A stretch of DNA of 64,000 bases from Stegostoma tigrinum (taxonomy: Eukaryota): assembly GCF_030684315.1 (NCBI RefSeq), contig NC_081390.1, forward strand, positions 20,401,291 to 20,465,290, written 5' to 3'. The position numbers were made by a program, and so were the translations under genes. Shown here piece by piece: positions 1-13,911 of the stretch. The notes under the pieces are model-generated. The model searched no databases. It saw nothing but the letters and a program-made list of their open reading frames with translations, and was not told the DNA's origin. Within the stretch, counting starts at the first letter, position 1. Each line of letters starts with the position of its first letter.

Positions 1-52
1 CATATGAATTGGCAGAGTGTGAGGTGCATCACTGGGTCAGTTTAATATTTAC

Positions 53-342
53 CCAGGACTTAAATTGTTTATTAAAATTTCTGCTGAGTAGCTACTAACA
101 GAAGCTGAACTCTCTGAATTTTCTGACGTTGAGGATTTTTTGAAGGGTTCCAAGCAAAGATGAAATTGCCCATTGGAGTCTTTAATTCCGGGGGCAATTC
201 CCATAGAGTCTGGTGACTCTGGGATTCCGCAGGGTCCCAATGTGCTACACCAAGGCAGACTGCTCCAACATCTCTCAGTCCATTGAGATATTTAGGGCAT
301 AGAGTTATGTTTATACGCACAGCAATTCAGCCAGAGAAACCC
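53..342 (-). other. Candidate exon of an unidentified downstream gene (5'UTR plus possible first 50 codons from ATG at 204)
   Basis: Long polypyrimidine acceptor tttctctatttctcccttccttag| at 343/342. Donor GG|GTAAAT at 53/52. ORF MGIAPGIKDSNGQFHLCLEPFKKSS... runs to the donor. A GTAAGT donor at 890 could supply an upstream exon. Confidence 0.3.
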
Positions 343-508
343 CTAAGGAAGGGAGAAATAGAGAAATATACTGAGGGCTTGGGAGGGATTAAGGTGGGAG
401 CAGGTTTTGTAGACACAACGGTACAAACACTGATATAGACCCATTAGGCTGGTTGGACAGTTTCTCTGCTGTGTACTAAATACAGTCCTTTGGGTCACCC
501 ATTTGTGT

Positions 509-769
509 GTGGCATGATGGCTCAGTGGTGAGCAAATGCTGCCTTGCAGTGCCAGGGACCTGGGTTCAATTTCACTTTTGAGTGATTGTCTTTGTGGAGT
601 TTTCACGTGTGGGATTCCTCCAGGTGCCCTGGTTTGCTCCTATAATCCAAAGATATGCGGGTTAGCCATAGAATTACAGGGACAGGGTCTGTGTGGGATG
701 CTCTTTGGAGGATTGGTGTGAACCTAACGGGCCAAATGGCCTGCTTACACACTTTGAGGATTCTGTGAG
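509..769 (+). mobile_element. tRNA-derived V-SINE/HE1-type SINE
   Basis: A-box tggctcagtgg, B-box ggttcaatt, V-domain and CR1-like tail. Confidence 0.75.
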
Positions 770-1559
770 TTCCCTCACAACTCCATGAAGCATTTTGGGA
801 CAATCAGCACAGGAAAAGATCAGTTCTTCAGCAGTGAGATTTTCTACCCAGACCATTAACAGTAAAATGCAGCATTAAGAATCAACTTACAGCTTTGTTT
901 TGGGGTGGGGAATCATTGAGAATTATTTATACATCTGCTACACACAGACAACATCCCTATCACAAGCTATTACAAGTTGAAATTGAGTGTGAATTTCAGA
1001 TTCTATCTGACTACCATTCGCTTATTACAATGACTGGAATAAATGTGAAAGATACCAGACATGCATTTAGCTATAATTTGATTTGCATTCTGACATGTTC
1101 AAACTCCTGTTAATTATTAACAGTTCCACTTAGAGTACGATCTGGAGATGCAGTAATGCGTAACAGCACGAATAAAAAAAAAGAACTGCTTCTTGGCTTC
1201 TGGTGAGTGTGTTTGTACTCAATTATAACTGACAGCTAAGAGACAAGCTAATTTTCTCCATCATAATTCAAGTCTGAGCTGATGTGTCTCTTCTAGACTG
1301 CAATGTGGTTCATGCTTGCAGATGACAATTAACACTTGGAGATATTTTCCCATGTTGGAGGCATCCACAGCTGCTCAAGTTGTTGTTTTAAAACACACTT
1401 GGAAGAATTTTGAACTCTGCAAATAAACAACACCAGAATTAGGAGGAGGAATAGGCCATTCAGCCCCTGAAGCATGCTGCGCCCTTTGATAGGATCATGG
1501 TAGCTCTGATTGTGATCTCAGTGCCACTTTCCTATGAGTCCCTATAACCATTGTCAAAC

Positions 1560-2308
1560 AAATACCTACAAAGAACAATACAGCAGGAGAACAGGCCCTT
1601 CGGCCCTCCAAGTCTGTGCCGACACATTTTGCCCTTCCATGCTAAAACTGTCTTACAGGATCCCTATCCCTCTATTCCGTTCCTATTCATGCATTCATCC
1701 AGGTGCTTCTTGAAAGCTGCTGTTATGTCAATTTCCACCACTTCCTCTGGCAGTGTGTTCCAGGCACTCACCACCCTTTGTGTGAAAAACCTGCCTCGCA
1801 CATCTCTTTCAAACTTACCCCTCTGCACTTTCAACTTGTGTCCCCTATAAATTCACCCCTCCACCCTGGGAAAAAGCCTCATACTCTTTACTCTACCCGT
1901 GCCATTGACAATCTTATAAACTTCTATCAGATCACCCCCACTCCCAACCTCCTGCGTTCCAGTGAAAACAAACCCAATCTATCCAACCATTCTTCACAGC
2001 TGAAATCCCCCATAGCAGGCAACATCTCTACCCTCTCCAAACCATCCACATCTTTCTGGTGAGACAGTAGGAACTGCTGACACTGGAGAATCTGAGATAA
2101 CAAGGTGTGGAACTGGGTGAACACAGCAGGCCAAGCGGCATCAGAGGAGCAGGAAAGCTGACATTTCAGGTCTGGACCCCAGGAAAGCTGACGTTTCAGG
2201 TCTGGACCTGAAACATCAGCTTTTCTGTTCCTCTGATGCTGCCTGACCTGCTGTGTTCCTCCAGCTCTACACCTTGTTATCACATCCTTCTAGTACTGTG
2301 GTGACCAG
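1560..2308 (-). mobile_element. CR1 LINE 3' fragment (interrupted by a pLTR)
   Basis: Minus-strand translation QKDVDGLERV..EEWLDRLGLFSLERRRL is the CR1 ORF2 C-terminus. Confidence 0.8.
2061..2280. mobile_element. Fold-back Penelope pLTR insertion inside a CR1 fragment
   Basis: Inverted arms, internal tandem duplication of aggaaagctgac.tttcaggtctggacc, and TSD cacatc(t/c)ttct(g/a)gt. Confidence 0.85.
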
Positions 2309-2948
2309 CCTCAAAAAAGGTAACATCAAGAGTCCAATACACCTCTTCTTCCAAAGAAAAGTCATCTCATCATTTTGTAATGTAAATTCTGCAGTGATAT
2401 CTACCTGAGTTCAGTCAGCTTAATGGGCAGGATGTCCCATCATTGAATGATATTGGATTAACCACATGAGATTGTGGGATTTCATCATCTCACGATTGCA
2501 GGTTGTCAGGCTGAATTCAATAAATCTCACCACTTGTGGCTGGCAAAAGGAAAATATCCACAGCACTACTTCCACTACCCTCTTTCTGCTCCCTCCCCAA
2601 TCATTATTGCTTTTCCATTCTCTCCTAATCAGCATGCACTATAGCCTCGGCTTAAGCTATTGAGATAAATGTTATAGACACGACTTATGAAAGGTTTATC
2701 ACATAATTAAAGGATTTGATAGGATGAAAACAAAGAGAGATGCTATTTCCTCCGACAGCAGACTCCACAACATTGGCACATTGTCGTGTACTGGCTGTGT
2801 ATTGTTGACTGTGTATACACAAAATACATTGTTGTGTATTTTACATGTTTGATTGGACTCAGAACAATGCAGCCATTATATTGGTTTCTAAGTGTGCAAC
2901 AGATTTACTGGCAAGACTTCTAAAAAATCCCTTCAATAATAAAACATT

Positions 2949-3267
2949 GAATCCCTGTAGTAAGGAAGCAGGCTATTCAGCCCATTCAGTCCACACCAAG
3001 AGCATCCCATCCAGACTCTTTCCCTGTAACCCTGCAATTCCCATAGCTAATCCACCTAGCCTGCACATTATGGATCAATTTAGCATGGCCCATCGACATA
3101 ACCAGCGCATCTTTGAACTGTGGAAGGAAAGCAGAGCACACAGAAGAAACCAATGCAGATACGGGGAGAATATGCAAACTCCACACTGACAGTTGCCCGA
3201 GGCTGGAATCAGACCCAGTCCTTGGAGCTGTGAAGTAGCAGTGCTAACCACCTAGCCACCATGCCAC
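2949..3267 (-). mobile_element. V-SINE/HE1-type SINE
   Basis: Reverse complement of the same SINE consensus. Confidence 0.8.
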
Positions 3268-4857
3268 TCCAAAATGTATCCACCAAGCTTAGTTCAGCTC
3301 CCAGCAGCTTTTCTATTTCTTTTGCTCAGATTCAATCCTCAGGTGTAATCAGTCAAGCACAGCGAGCATAGATCGGTAATCAGATTCAGAACAATTAGAC
3401 CATGGATCATAGAAGGCAAAACTGTAACATTTGAACTAGGAAGTAATTCTTCAGGCATAGGGTTGTGGAAATCTAGAACTTTCTTCCTCAAAAATCAGTT
3501 GGTGCTGCGCTGGGGGCATCAACAGAAAAGTCCGAAACTGAGATTGATGGGTATTTGTTGAGCAAATGTGTTAAAGCAACAACAGTAAGGCAGGTAGATG
3601 GTGTTTAAAAAAAAACAGCCATGATTTAATAAATGGGGGAACCAGCTTAAACAGTCTGCATCTCATTACCATGTTCCACCAAAGAAGTGTTATCTTTAAA
3701 AGGTATTTCTAACCTTTATGCAGGCTGGATGGAGGCATTACACTATCCCTCTCTCGCACCATTATGCAACTTTAAAAAATGCCTTTATTAATAGATGTCT
3801 GATCTTTAGAAAACTCAGATTAATACAATTAGTGTCTGACTCAAACAGCACTCTGGATAATAGATGAGCATCTCAGGCAGGAGTTAACATTACCTCAGTG
3901 TTTGGCAATGGGCATTTTAGGAGATATTAAAGGATCAATGCTTTGAAAGTTTTTATTGCGGGAAGCATTAGTCATGGCTATTGCATTGCTCAGTTTTACT
4001 CGCTGCTGCAGTAAATTGATGGAGAGTATTAACCTCCACTATACACAAGAGCAGAAAAAGATAGGAGCAGGAGAAGGTCATTCAGCCCACCGAGCTTCTG
4101 CGAGGTTATAAAAGATCGTGGCAGATCTGATGTTTTGTTAGGTTGAAATTCCTGCCTGCCCTCCCCTTGACTCATGTGTCTGTTGAACTCAACACTTAAT
4201 AAATTCCACATCCCAGCTTCCGCTGGTGTTTATGAAGAGAATTCCAAACACGAATGACTCTCTGAGGAAGAAATTGCTCCTCATCTCCATCTCAGAAAGT
4301 TCTGAAACCATACCCTGTAGGTCTAAACCCCAAAATGAGGAGAAACAATCTCTCAGTCCCCTCCATATTGTGGCCTCCTGTTACTGTATGACCATCTCTC
4401 AGCTCCATTAAGCATGAGCCCAATCTATGTTGGAGAAAGAAAGAACAGGCCCTCATGTTTTGTTTATTTGGCCTCACAGAGATTTCAGTGTAACTTACAG
4501 CAATTAAGCCATTTGAAAGGTAGTCTCTGTTAGCATTTCGAGAATTGGAACATTCAGCTGGCAAGTCCCCAAAAATATAAAATGTGATAATAACACCCAT
4601 TTTAGCATTCTTGAAAGGTGAAAATTCCCCAAATGTTGCCATAAGGTCTTCCACAGGTATCAAATTGATGATTTGACACCTTCATCTAAAGCCTCATGAC
4701 GTGCACTGGTGTGTTAGCCTACAGCATATGTTCAAGAGCCTGGAATATGAGGTGAACCCATAATCATCAAATGTGTTGTGAGATTGCTACCCAAAGAACC
4801 ACACAGATGTTAAGGAATTGGTTAGACAGTCAGCACCATGGACAAGATCACTTGGCC

Positions 4858-5222
4858 AGCAGCGGGTGTCTCAATGTGGACTTTACCAGTTTCAAAATCT
4901 CCCCATGTCCCAGCCTCAACCCAAGACCAGCCCTCCCTCTCATCCTGGCCTCCTTGACCTGACACAACCTGCCCATCTTCTCTCCCACCTATCTGCCCCT
5001 CCCATCTCGCTGACCAATCCCCACCACTGCCAACCTGCGCTCACCTATCACTATCCCACCTGCCCTCCCCAGTCCCACCCCTCCTCTCTGCATTGTTTTC
5101 TGCACTCCCTTCCCCCTCCCCCATTTCTGAGGAAGAGTCGGGACCCGAAACGTCAGCTTTCCTCTTCTTCTGATGCTGCCTGGCCCGCTGTTCTCATCCA
5201 GCTCCACACTGTGTTATCTCTG
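4858..5222 (+). mobile_element. Penelope-like 3' end/pLTR
   Basis: NVDFTSFKISP tail shared with 8059-8688. Hammerhead-like ctgaggaagagtcgggacccgaaacgtc. Confidence 0.8.
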
Positions 5223-6368
5223 GAATTTAAGTTCATTCAAGTGGTCTGAGTTGTTCTAGCAATATATCTATTTTCATGCATATTCTAGTAGCTCTGGATA
5301 GAGATGGGTGAAGGATGATCCTTTAGAGCTGAGATGAAGAGGAATTTCTTCAGCCAGAGGGTGGTTAATCTGTTGAGCTATTGCTGTGGAGGCCAAGTCA
5401 TTTAAGACAGAGATAGACAGGTTCTCGATTAGTAAGGGAATCAAGGGCTACAGGGAGAAGGCAGGAGAATGGGATTGAGAAACATATCAGTCATGATTGA
5501 ACGGTGGAGCAGACTTGATGGGCTGACTGGCCTCATTCTGCTTTTAGATCTTGTGATTGTATGGTCTATAGAGGCTCCAACACATCCATCACATTTATTC
5601 CAACTCATGGGTGATCAGGAATCTCCTGTGGTCTCAAAGCCCACCATTTTGTCTTCTTCTGGTATTCAGGGCGATACCTGTCATAGTGTGTGGTATCTGT
5701 CAAGGACCTAAGACTGTTGTTGTTGTGAGGAAATGGTTGAGTTGCAGTGACATGGTTCTGACTGTCTGGGAGGTTGTCCCACATTATAACTAGCTGTAGG
5801 TGTATGGATATGGTGTACTGGGGGATGGACAATCCATTTGGTCATATCATGGACATCCTTGTTCAGCGAGTCCTCGGCTAGGGGTCAAACCCAGATCTGG
5901 TGCTTCAGGAGTGGGCACTCTACCCAATGCACAGCAAGACCTGCCCACCTCATCTATAGACCTGAGGTAACATCGTGTGAAATAGTTTACCTGTCTTGAG
6001 TAATAGGTAACTGTTGTCAGTTTTGGGACACCAGGGCCATAATTAGCTCAAAATTTGATTTTTGGTTTTTGTTTTCCGATTGGTTCTTTGTTCCAAAAAT
6101 TAGGTGACAGAAATCCCCAGCTTATTCAAGCGAAGTACACCCATTGTCAGGAGGACATGGACTGCAGATATCTGGCAAATGAACGAATTGGACAGTGAGG
6201 AGAAGTTGATTTCAAAAGTCAATGAAATGGTAGCTGGAACGCACTGACTGAAGGGTTCACCAGAAACAGATGAAAAAATAGTGCCTCCGAAGTGTCGTCA
6301 CTGTTGTAATGGAGGAAACATGGCAACCAATTTCCACACAGCAAGCTCCCAGTAACAGTAATATCTAA

Positions 6369-6641
6369 AGGTGGCATGGTGGCTCGGGGGTTGGCACTGC
6401 TGCCTCACAGCACCAAAGACCTGCGTTCAATCTTCACCCTCGGGCAACTGTCTGTGTGGAGTTTTCACGTTCTGTGTGGCTGTACTCTGGTTAAGTCCAA
6501 CAATACAAAGGCATGCAGGTTAGGGTGGATTGGCCATGCTAAATTGCCTGTAGTGTTCAGGGATGTGTAGATTGGTTTGGTTATTGGGGGTGAGCTTGTT
6601 GGGCTGAAAGGCCTGTTCCCGCACTATAAGAATTCTATGAT
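6369..6641 (+). mobile_element. V-SINE/HE1-type SINE
   Basis: ggtggcatggtggctc...ggattggccatgctaaattg...ggcctgttcc. Confidence 0.8.
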
Positions 6642-6894
6642 ATTAAGGACCAGATCATCTATTTTCATGATATTTATTGAGGGATAAATATCAGGCAGAA
6701 TATTGGGGATAAGATCCCTCCCCCTCAAAGCAATGATGGGACCTTAGTTTAATATTTTCCTCCAAAAGATGGCTCCTTCAACACTCCCTCTAAGCACTAC
6801 CCTGGATGTTCGTCCCCAAGAGTTAGATTTGAAAACTCAGCCCCGATTCAAATGCAAAAGCGTTACAAACTGAACCACAGCCACCTCCGACTTT

Positions 6895-7234
6895 GGGCAG
6901 AACAGTGGCTCAGTGGTTAGCACTGCTGCCTCACAGCTCCAAGGACCTGGGCTCAATTCCAGCTGCATGCTGTGTGGAGTTTGCACATTCTCCCTGTGTC
7001 TGTGTGGGTTTCTTCTGGGTGCTCTGGTCTCCTCCCACAGCCCAAAGGTGTGCAGGCTAGGATGAATCGGCTACACTGAAGTGTCTAGGGAGGTACACGT
7101 CTAGGTGGATCAGCCTTGGGGAAATGCAGGATTAGAGGGATGGGGTGGGTTTGGGCAGGATGCTGTTCAGAGGGGTGGTGCAGACTCAATGGGCTGAATG
7201 GTCTGCTTCCACACTGTAGGGATTTTATGATTTT
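6895..7234 (+). mobile_element. V-SINE/HE1-type SINE
   Basis: gtggctcagtggttagcactgctgcctcacag...gtggagtttgcacattctccc...ccacactgtagggatt. Confidence 0.82.
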
Positions 7235-7699
7235 TTATTTATGTTCAAAACTTAGAACAGCAACTTTCAAAAAGGAATTGGATGTGTATCTGAAAAGGAA
7301 CATTTCACCAGCTTATGGAGAGAAAGCAGGACTGTGGGAATAATACTCTTTTCTAGGAGCTGTTGGCTCCTTCGACGCTGCATCATTAATTAATTCAATG
7401 AGAAAAACAGCGAAAGAAATTCAGTTTGACATCCTGAAGTAAATTGCGCACAAGGTTATAATCAAAAAGTGGAATGTTGGACTAAATACGGCTCTCTTTT
7501 CTAAAAGGTAGCACAGACATTTCTATACTTCTATACGTATTTCAGGGACTTTGCTCACTTTTCTTTGATTGATTTGTTAGGACATTATCTTGTATTTTGT
7601 CCTGTACTGTCCTGTAGCTGTTGGGTGACTTTTAATGCAGCTGGGAAACACAGTGTGATTTCTGTCCTCTCAATGTGAGAAGACAACTCCATTTAATGA

Positions 7700-8835
7700 G
7701 AGTGATAATGGGAACTGCAGATGCTGGAGAATCCAAGATAACAAAGTGTGGAGCTGGATGAACACAGCAGGCCCAGCAGCATCTCAGGAGCACAAAAGCT
7801 GACCTTTTGGGCCTAGACCCTTCATCAGAGAGGGGGATGGGGAGAGGGTTCTGGAATAAATAGGGAGAGAGGGGAAGGCGGACTGAAGATGGAGAGAAAA
7901 GAAGATAGGTGGAGAGGAGAGTATAGGTGGGGAGGTAGGGAGGGGATAGGTCAGTCCAGGGAAGACAGACAGGTCAAGGAGGTGGGATAAGGTTAGTAGG
8001 TAGGAAATGGAGGTGCGGCTTGGGGTGGGAGGAAAGGCTGGGTGAGAGGAAGAACAGGTTAGGGAAGCAGAGACAGGCTGGGCTGGTTTTGGGATGCAGT
8101 GGGGGGAGGAGATGAGCTGGGCAGGTTGTGTGATGCAGTGGGGGGGGGAGGGGACGAACTGGGCTGGTTGTGGGATGCAGTGGGGGAAGGGGAGATTTTG
8201 AAGCTGGTAAAGTCCACATTGATACCATTGGGCTGCAGGATTCCCAAGCAGAATGTGAGTTGCTGTTCCTGCAACCTTCGGGTGGCATCCTTGTGGCACT
8301 GCAGGAGGCCCATGATGGACATGTCATCTGAAGAATGGGAGGGGGAGTTAAAATGGTTCACGACTGGGAGGTGCAGTTGTTTTCTGCGAACCGAGCGGAG
8401 GTGTTCTGCAAAGTGGTCCCCAAGCCTCCGCTTGGTTTCCCCAATGTAGAGGAAGCAACACAGGGTGCAATGGATACAGTATACCACATTGGCAGATGTG
8501 CAGGTGACCCTCTGCTTAATATGGAAAGTCATCTTGGGGCCTGGGATAGGGGTGAGGGAGATGGTGTGGGGGCAAGTGTAGCACTTCCTGCGGTTGCAGG
8601 CGAAGGTGCTGGGTGTGGTGGGGTTGGAGGGCAGTGTGGAGCGGACAAGGGAGTCACGGAGAGAGTGGTCTCTCCGGAAAGCAGACAAGGGTGAGGATGG
8701 AAAAATGTCTTGGGTGGTGGGGTCGGATTGTAGATGGCGGAAGTGTCGGAGGATGATGCGTTGTATCCGGAGGTTGGTGGGGTGGTGTGTGAGAACGAGG
8801 GGGTTCCTCTTTGGGCGGTTGTGGCGGGGGCGGGC
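7700..8835 (-). mobile_element. Penelope-like element, 3' part: GIY-YIG endonuclease + pLTR
   Basis: ORF 8059-8688 contains CxxC, NVVYCIHC..C..LYIGETKRRL..F.EH and PV..HFN, typical of PLE GIY-YIG. pLTR has a mutated hammerhead at about 7801-7828. Three internal gggctgg..gggatgcagtggggg repeats. Confidence 0.9.
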
Positions 8836-9802
8836 TGTGAAAAATACAATCTTCTTTCAGCGGATAATGGTTCTGTAACAATATTTTTTGATAGCTATTT
8901 CTCTTTGAATGCAAACATATTCATTGAGTTGTTAAACCAACTCAGGCAAACCCATGTAAAGGGATGGTTTGTGCAGATGTCTGCCTGGATACACCCAGTT
9001 CAGGCTCATACATGTTCCATGCTGCAAGACTTGTGTTGCAACACTTCGTATCATGTTGCACCAAAAAGTTACAAACAATAAGATATTAGACGCTACACTA
9101 ATTTAATGAGTAACTGTGAAAATATTTGGCAGCCCTGCAAAATCTAACATGGTTGATGTCATCATTAGATTTTGTCAGTGCATTCGCCAACTTGACAGTC
9201 TTTGGTGGTATTGAGTCTGAGCATTGCTGTCCAAAAGACACATTTTATAGAAGTTTTCCATGTTGCGCTGATCGTGACAGTTCACGACAACACCAATGCA
9301 ACAGCAAGAACAACATTTACACTGCTTGGGAGGAGAGTGCTGGCTGAACATACTTGACAGCCGTGCTACCTTTGTCCAAGCCTTGCTCATCTACCCCACC
9401 ACAGCGAGCTGACCTACACCTCGGCTTTAACATTCTCATTCTCATTTACAAATCTCCCCAAGGTTTTGCATGTCTCATACCCCCAACAATGTGCGTACTC
9501 TCCTTGAGCCCTAAAACCCTCTGAGATCCCTGCTCCAAATCTGACTCATTGTGAATGTGTTTTTGGCTATGACATTGCAACTGTGTCTTCATCTAGCTAA
9601 TGCCTAAGTTCTGGAATTCCCTTCCTAAATCTCTCTCTCACTCTTCTGTTTTTAAACACTCTACATAAGAACTGGGAGCAGGAGCGGGTCACCTGGCCTC
9701 TAAAACATGCTCTGCCAGTCAGTAAAATCATGGCCAATCTGACCAGACTTTAACGCTACTTTCTTATGAGTCCCGATAGCCCTTGAACATCAAGGACCAA
9801 CC

Positions 9803-9990
9803 TAAAATAAAACAAAGAAATGCAGAGGCTGGAAACCTGAAACAAAAACAGAAATTGCTGGAGAAACTCAGCAGACCTGGCAGCATCTGTTGAGAGAGAA
9901 ACAGAGTTAACGTATTCTGTGGAAATGTTAACTGTGCTTTCTATCCACAGATGCTGCCAGATCTGTTGAGTTTTTCAGCAATTGCTGTTA
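9803..9990. mobile_element. Older fold-back pLTR-type repeat (similar copies at ~37165-37330, ~39010-39100, ~47095-47300)
   Basis: gctggagaaactcagcag...acagagttaac and its inverted copy. Confidence 0.65.
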
Positions 9991-10554
9991 AGAATCCATC
10001 CAGCTTAGCTTTGATTGATTCAGCAATTACTTCTCTCGTGTGAGAAGGAATTCTAAACACCAGCAACTCTCAACAAGACGTTCGTGAACCAGATGAGTTC
10101 AATTCTACAATAATCAATAATAGCTGATGCAGACACCATTACTGAAATTAGTTTTGTGATTCGGACTTTTACTAACTGAATTCAAATTCACGATGAGATT
10201 TGGACTCATGTCCCCTGAGAATTAATTTAGACCTTGGGATTACTAGCTTAGTAACAGCACTGAAACACTAGAGTTGTCCTCTACGTCTCAGGAAGCCTGG
10301 TGGAAAGTAAACGTCTCTGGTTTGTATATTTTACCAGAAGGAATTGTGGTCTGCAGGCAAGCTATTGATGGAACACTCGTATAAAACCAATTAATGTCCT
10401 TTAGCTATCATCTGAAACTCTGCTTCCCTTGCACTATGTCCTGTTCACCCATCACCCCTGTGCTCACTGTTCTAGCTGCTTCCCACTTGAGCAAAGCCCA
10501 AATTTAAAGTTCTCATCAATCATTGCAAAGCATTCCATGGCACCATCCTTTCCT

Positions 10555-11085
10555 AACGATACAGGGCATTGGTGAGGCCACATTTGGAGCACTGGATATA
10601 ATTTTGGGTGCCCTAAAGTGGCAAAGCAGCCAAAAAGACTGGCAAGGAGGTTACTGAAGGTTTGAGTTATAAGGAGGGGCCAGATAGGCTGGAACGTCTT
10701 TAGCCTGGACAGTAGGAGGCTGCGGGGTGACCTTACAGAGGTTTATAAAATCATGAGGGGCATGGATAGAGTAAATAGGAAGGGTTCTTTTTCCTCTAAG
10801 GGAAGACAGTCCAAACCTAGAGGTGTAAGGCGAGAGGGGAAAGGTTTAAAAGGGGCCTGATGGGTAACTTTTTCACACAGAGGCTGGGGGTGTATGTGGA
10901 ATGAAGAAGCGGTAGAGCTGGGTACAATTACAATATTTAAAAGACCATTTGGGCAGATTCATGGATCGTAAGGGGATATGGGCCAAACACAAGCAAATAG
11001 GACCAGTTCGGTTTATGGTTGGCACAGATGAGTTGGGCCAAAGGGGCGATTTCCATGCTGTATAACTCAATGAATCTATGACTTT
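10555..11085 (+). mobile_element. CR1 (HER1-like) 3' fragment
   Basis: ttggtgaggccacatttggag...ggggtgaccttacagaggtttataaaatcatgagggg. Confidence 0.8.
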
Positions 11086-12564
11086 ATCTCTGTAACCTTC
11101 TCCAGGCCAGCATTTCTTGCCCATCCCTAGTTGGCCTTGAGGAGCTGGTGGTGAGCTGCCTTCTTGAACTGCTGCAGTCCACCTGCGGTGGGTTGACCCA
11201 CAATGCCATTAGGGAGAGAATTTACAACTTTCCTTAAAATCTGGCCTAGCACAGCCTCAGTTTTTGTCATTCTGCCACTGGGAATCATGTCTTGGGCTGC
11301 AAATTCTCTCCCTAAACTTCTCGGATTCTCTATGCTTCTTTAGGATGGTGTTCGAATCCTATATTTCCAACCATATTTTTGGTAAGCTGCTTTAATGACC
11401 CCCTAACAGTTTGATTTCAAGTACTTTCTAAAGGTTGTGAAACTTGATATGTCATAACAGTAAAAGCTATCGGTTTAGTGCTGGAAAGTGGGACTCATGT
11501 AGATTTAAAGTTGTTTCTTGTCAGTGTAGACCTGATGGGATGAAGTGCCTCCTCTGCAGTGAATGAGTCTGTGATTAGTTCAATAGCCCGCCTGCAAACA
11601 CTTTCTACATCAAAAGTCCTATGTAAACATTGTTCAAGCAAAACGTGTCTTATATATATTTGTCTATCTATAAAATATCTATATTTATCATTCCAGTGTG
11701 TTGTAGACATTTTGGCACTATCACCATTAAAATGGGTGTTTTTATTGACCAAATTAAGCTGTCATTGTTATATAGCCCAGACTGCAGTGTTCAATTCCAT
11801 TTGAACTCAGATGTGAGAAAGTGCATGTGTTCAACTTGAATGTCCTGAACAGTTGCAGATAAATCACAGCTGCATGAAGGGTTATTATTAATCCCATGCA
11901 AGATTGAACGGAGATCAATTCACTGTGCTTACATCAAAAGCCAAGATTTTAATTCCACATAATCCTGATAATTTGAAATGCCTCCTTGCTCAGAGATCCA
12001 AAAGGTCCACAGGGTTGAGTTAAGTAAATTGCCTTACAAAACATGGGCTTGGCCACAATTATTGCATCATTTTAACAGATGACTTGAAGTTGCTTGATTC
12101 AGGTTAAGAGAAATTGACTGTATTCATAATAAAAAACAAGTGAATACAAAAGATTGGATTTTACAGCCATCCACTTGGTATAAGTTGTTCCAGGAAGGTG
12201 GAATGGTGTGTAGGCAGAATATAGCGGTCCGCAAGGCCACTGTATTCTGGTCCACACCCAATAGTAAACAGTATGTGGGGTGGAGAGGCACAAGATCATT
12301 TTCTAAATTTGAATATTTTAACATCATTTTCTAAAGAAACACTAGCATCAGATGAGTTGTTAACAAACCAGTAGACCCGTAGTGTAATGGAATTGAGACC
12401 CTGGAGCAACCCCTTGTGATGTTGAATTGGAACTGGACACCAAGCAAGTTTTGTTTTGGGTTTTTTTTGTGTTTTTGATTTTAAAAGACCAAAAAAAATG
12501 AATCAAAATAAAAATTGTATGCTACTGAAACGTAATAATTGTAAGAAATCTGGAAGTAATTGTG

Positions 12565-13035
12565 AAACTGGATGGGGTTCAGGAAAGATTTACAAGGATG
12601 TTGAAAGGGTTGGCTGGTTTGAGCTATGGGGAGAGGCCGGATAGGCCAAGACTATTTTCCCAAGGATGGTCGGAGGCTGACGGGTGGCCTTATAGAGGTT
12701 TATAAAATCACGAGGGGCATGGATAGGGTGAATAGACAAGATATTTTCCCCAGGTGGGGTAGTCCAAAACTAGAGGGCATAGGTTTAAGGTGAGACAGGG
12801 GAAAGATATGAAAGGGACCTAAGGGGCAAATATTTCATGTAAAGGATGGTATGTGTATGGAATGAGCTGCCAGAGGAAGTGGTGGAGGCTGGTACAGTTA
12901 CAACATTTAAAAGGCATCTGGATGGGTATATGAATAGGAAGGGTTTACAGCAATGTGGGCCAAATGCTGACAAATGGGACTAGATTAATTTAGGATACCT
13001 GGTCTGCATGGACGTGCTGTACAATTCTTTGACTT
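12565..13035 (+). mobile_element. CR1 (HER1-like) 3' fragment
   Basis: Same family as 10555 and 57715. Confidence 0.82.
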
Positions 13036-13575
13036 TAAGTCTAGAAACGAGCCTGAATCTCAGGAGCAGCTGAAAGATCAACACGGCTTTCAGTCTTGCA
13101 TCTTAAAGCTACCTGCTGTGTGTCACAGATGGGGTTGCAAATGATGAATATTGGCTTTCAAACCCACATTACTCCCCTCCCATGGAAAATCCAACCCCAC
13201 ACCTTGACATGTAACCTTGGCAATCAGGACACAAATTAATCCACAATTCCTCTTTTTAGCCTTTAATTACATGTGTTAACTAACAAAAAAAAAGCTGGAA
13301 GTTATGTGGGGGCGGAGAAAGATTTCAGGCAAAGCGTAATGCAGGAAAATGCCATTTGGTTCATCCACTCTGTGATAGCTAAAGTTTCACAACTAAACAT
13401 TTCCCTACGGTGTAATCCCCAGGGAACGAAAAAGCACAGAAAAACCAGTGGCCAATACAGGAAGTAAAATATTCTATAAAGTTCTTCAGCAATCATCTTA
13501 CGTGATCTAACTCTGGTCCAGGAGACCAGCTCAAGCAATTGTAAACTGATGTCCCACTGTCAGACGGCAGGGCAC

Positions 13576-13911
13576 GAAATCCCTACAGTGTGGATGCAGG
13601 CCATTCAGTCCATCAAATCCACACCAATCCCCCAAGAGCATTCCACCCAGATCTGCTCACCCACCCAGTAACCCTGCATTTCCCATGGTTAACCCACCCA
13701 GTCTACACATGCATGGATGCTATGGGCAATTTAGCACAGCCAATCCACCTAACCTGCACATCTTTGGACTGTGGGAGGAAACCAGGGCACCTGGAGGAAA
13801 CCCACGCAGACACAGGGAGAACATGCAAACTCCACACAGTCACCCGAGGGTGGAATTGAAGCCAGGTCCCTGGCGCTGTGAGGCAGCAGTGCTAGCCACT
13901 GAGCCACTGTG
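13576..13911 (-). mobile_element. V-SINE/HE1-type SINE
   Basis: Full-length reverse copy. Confidence 0.85.

Noticed and set aside
6895-6965. tRNA-like sequences at SINE heads
   Set aside because: A/B boxes continue into the SINE body with no complete cloverleaf.
12167-12270. Possible plus-strand exon (ttacag|...|gtatgt)
   Set aside because: Peptide not recognised and no supporting neighbouring exons.
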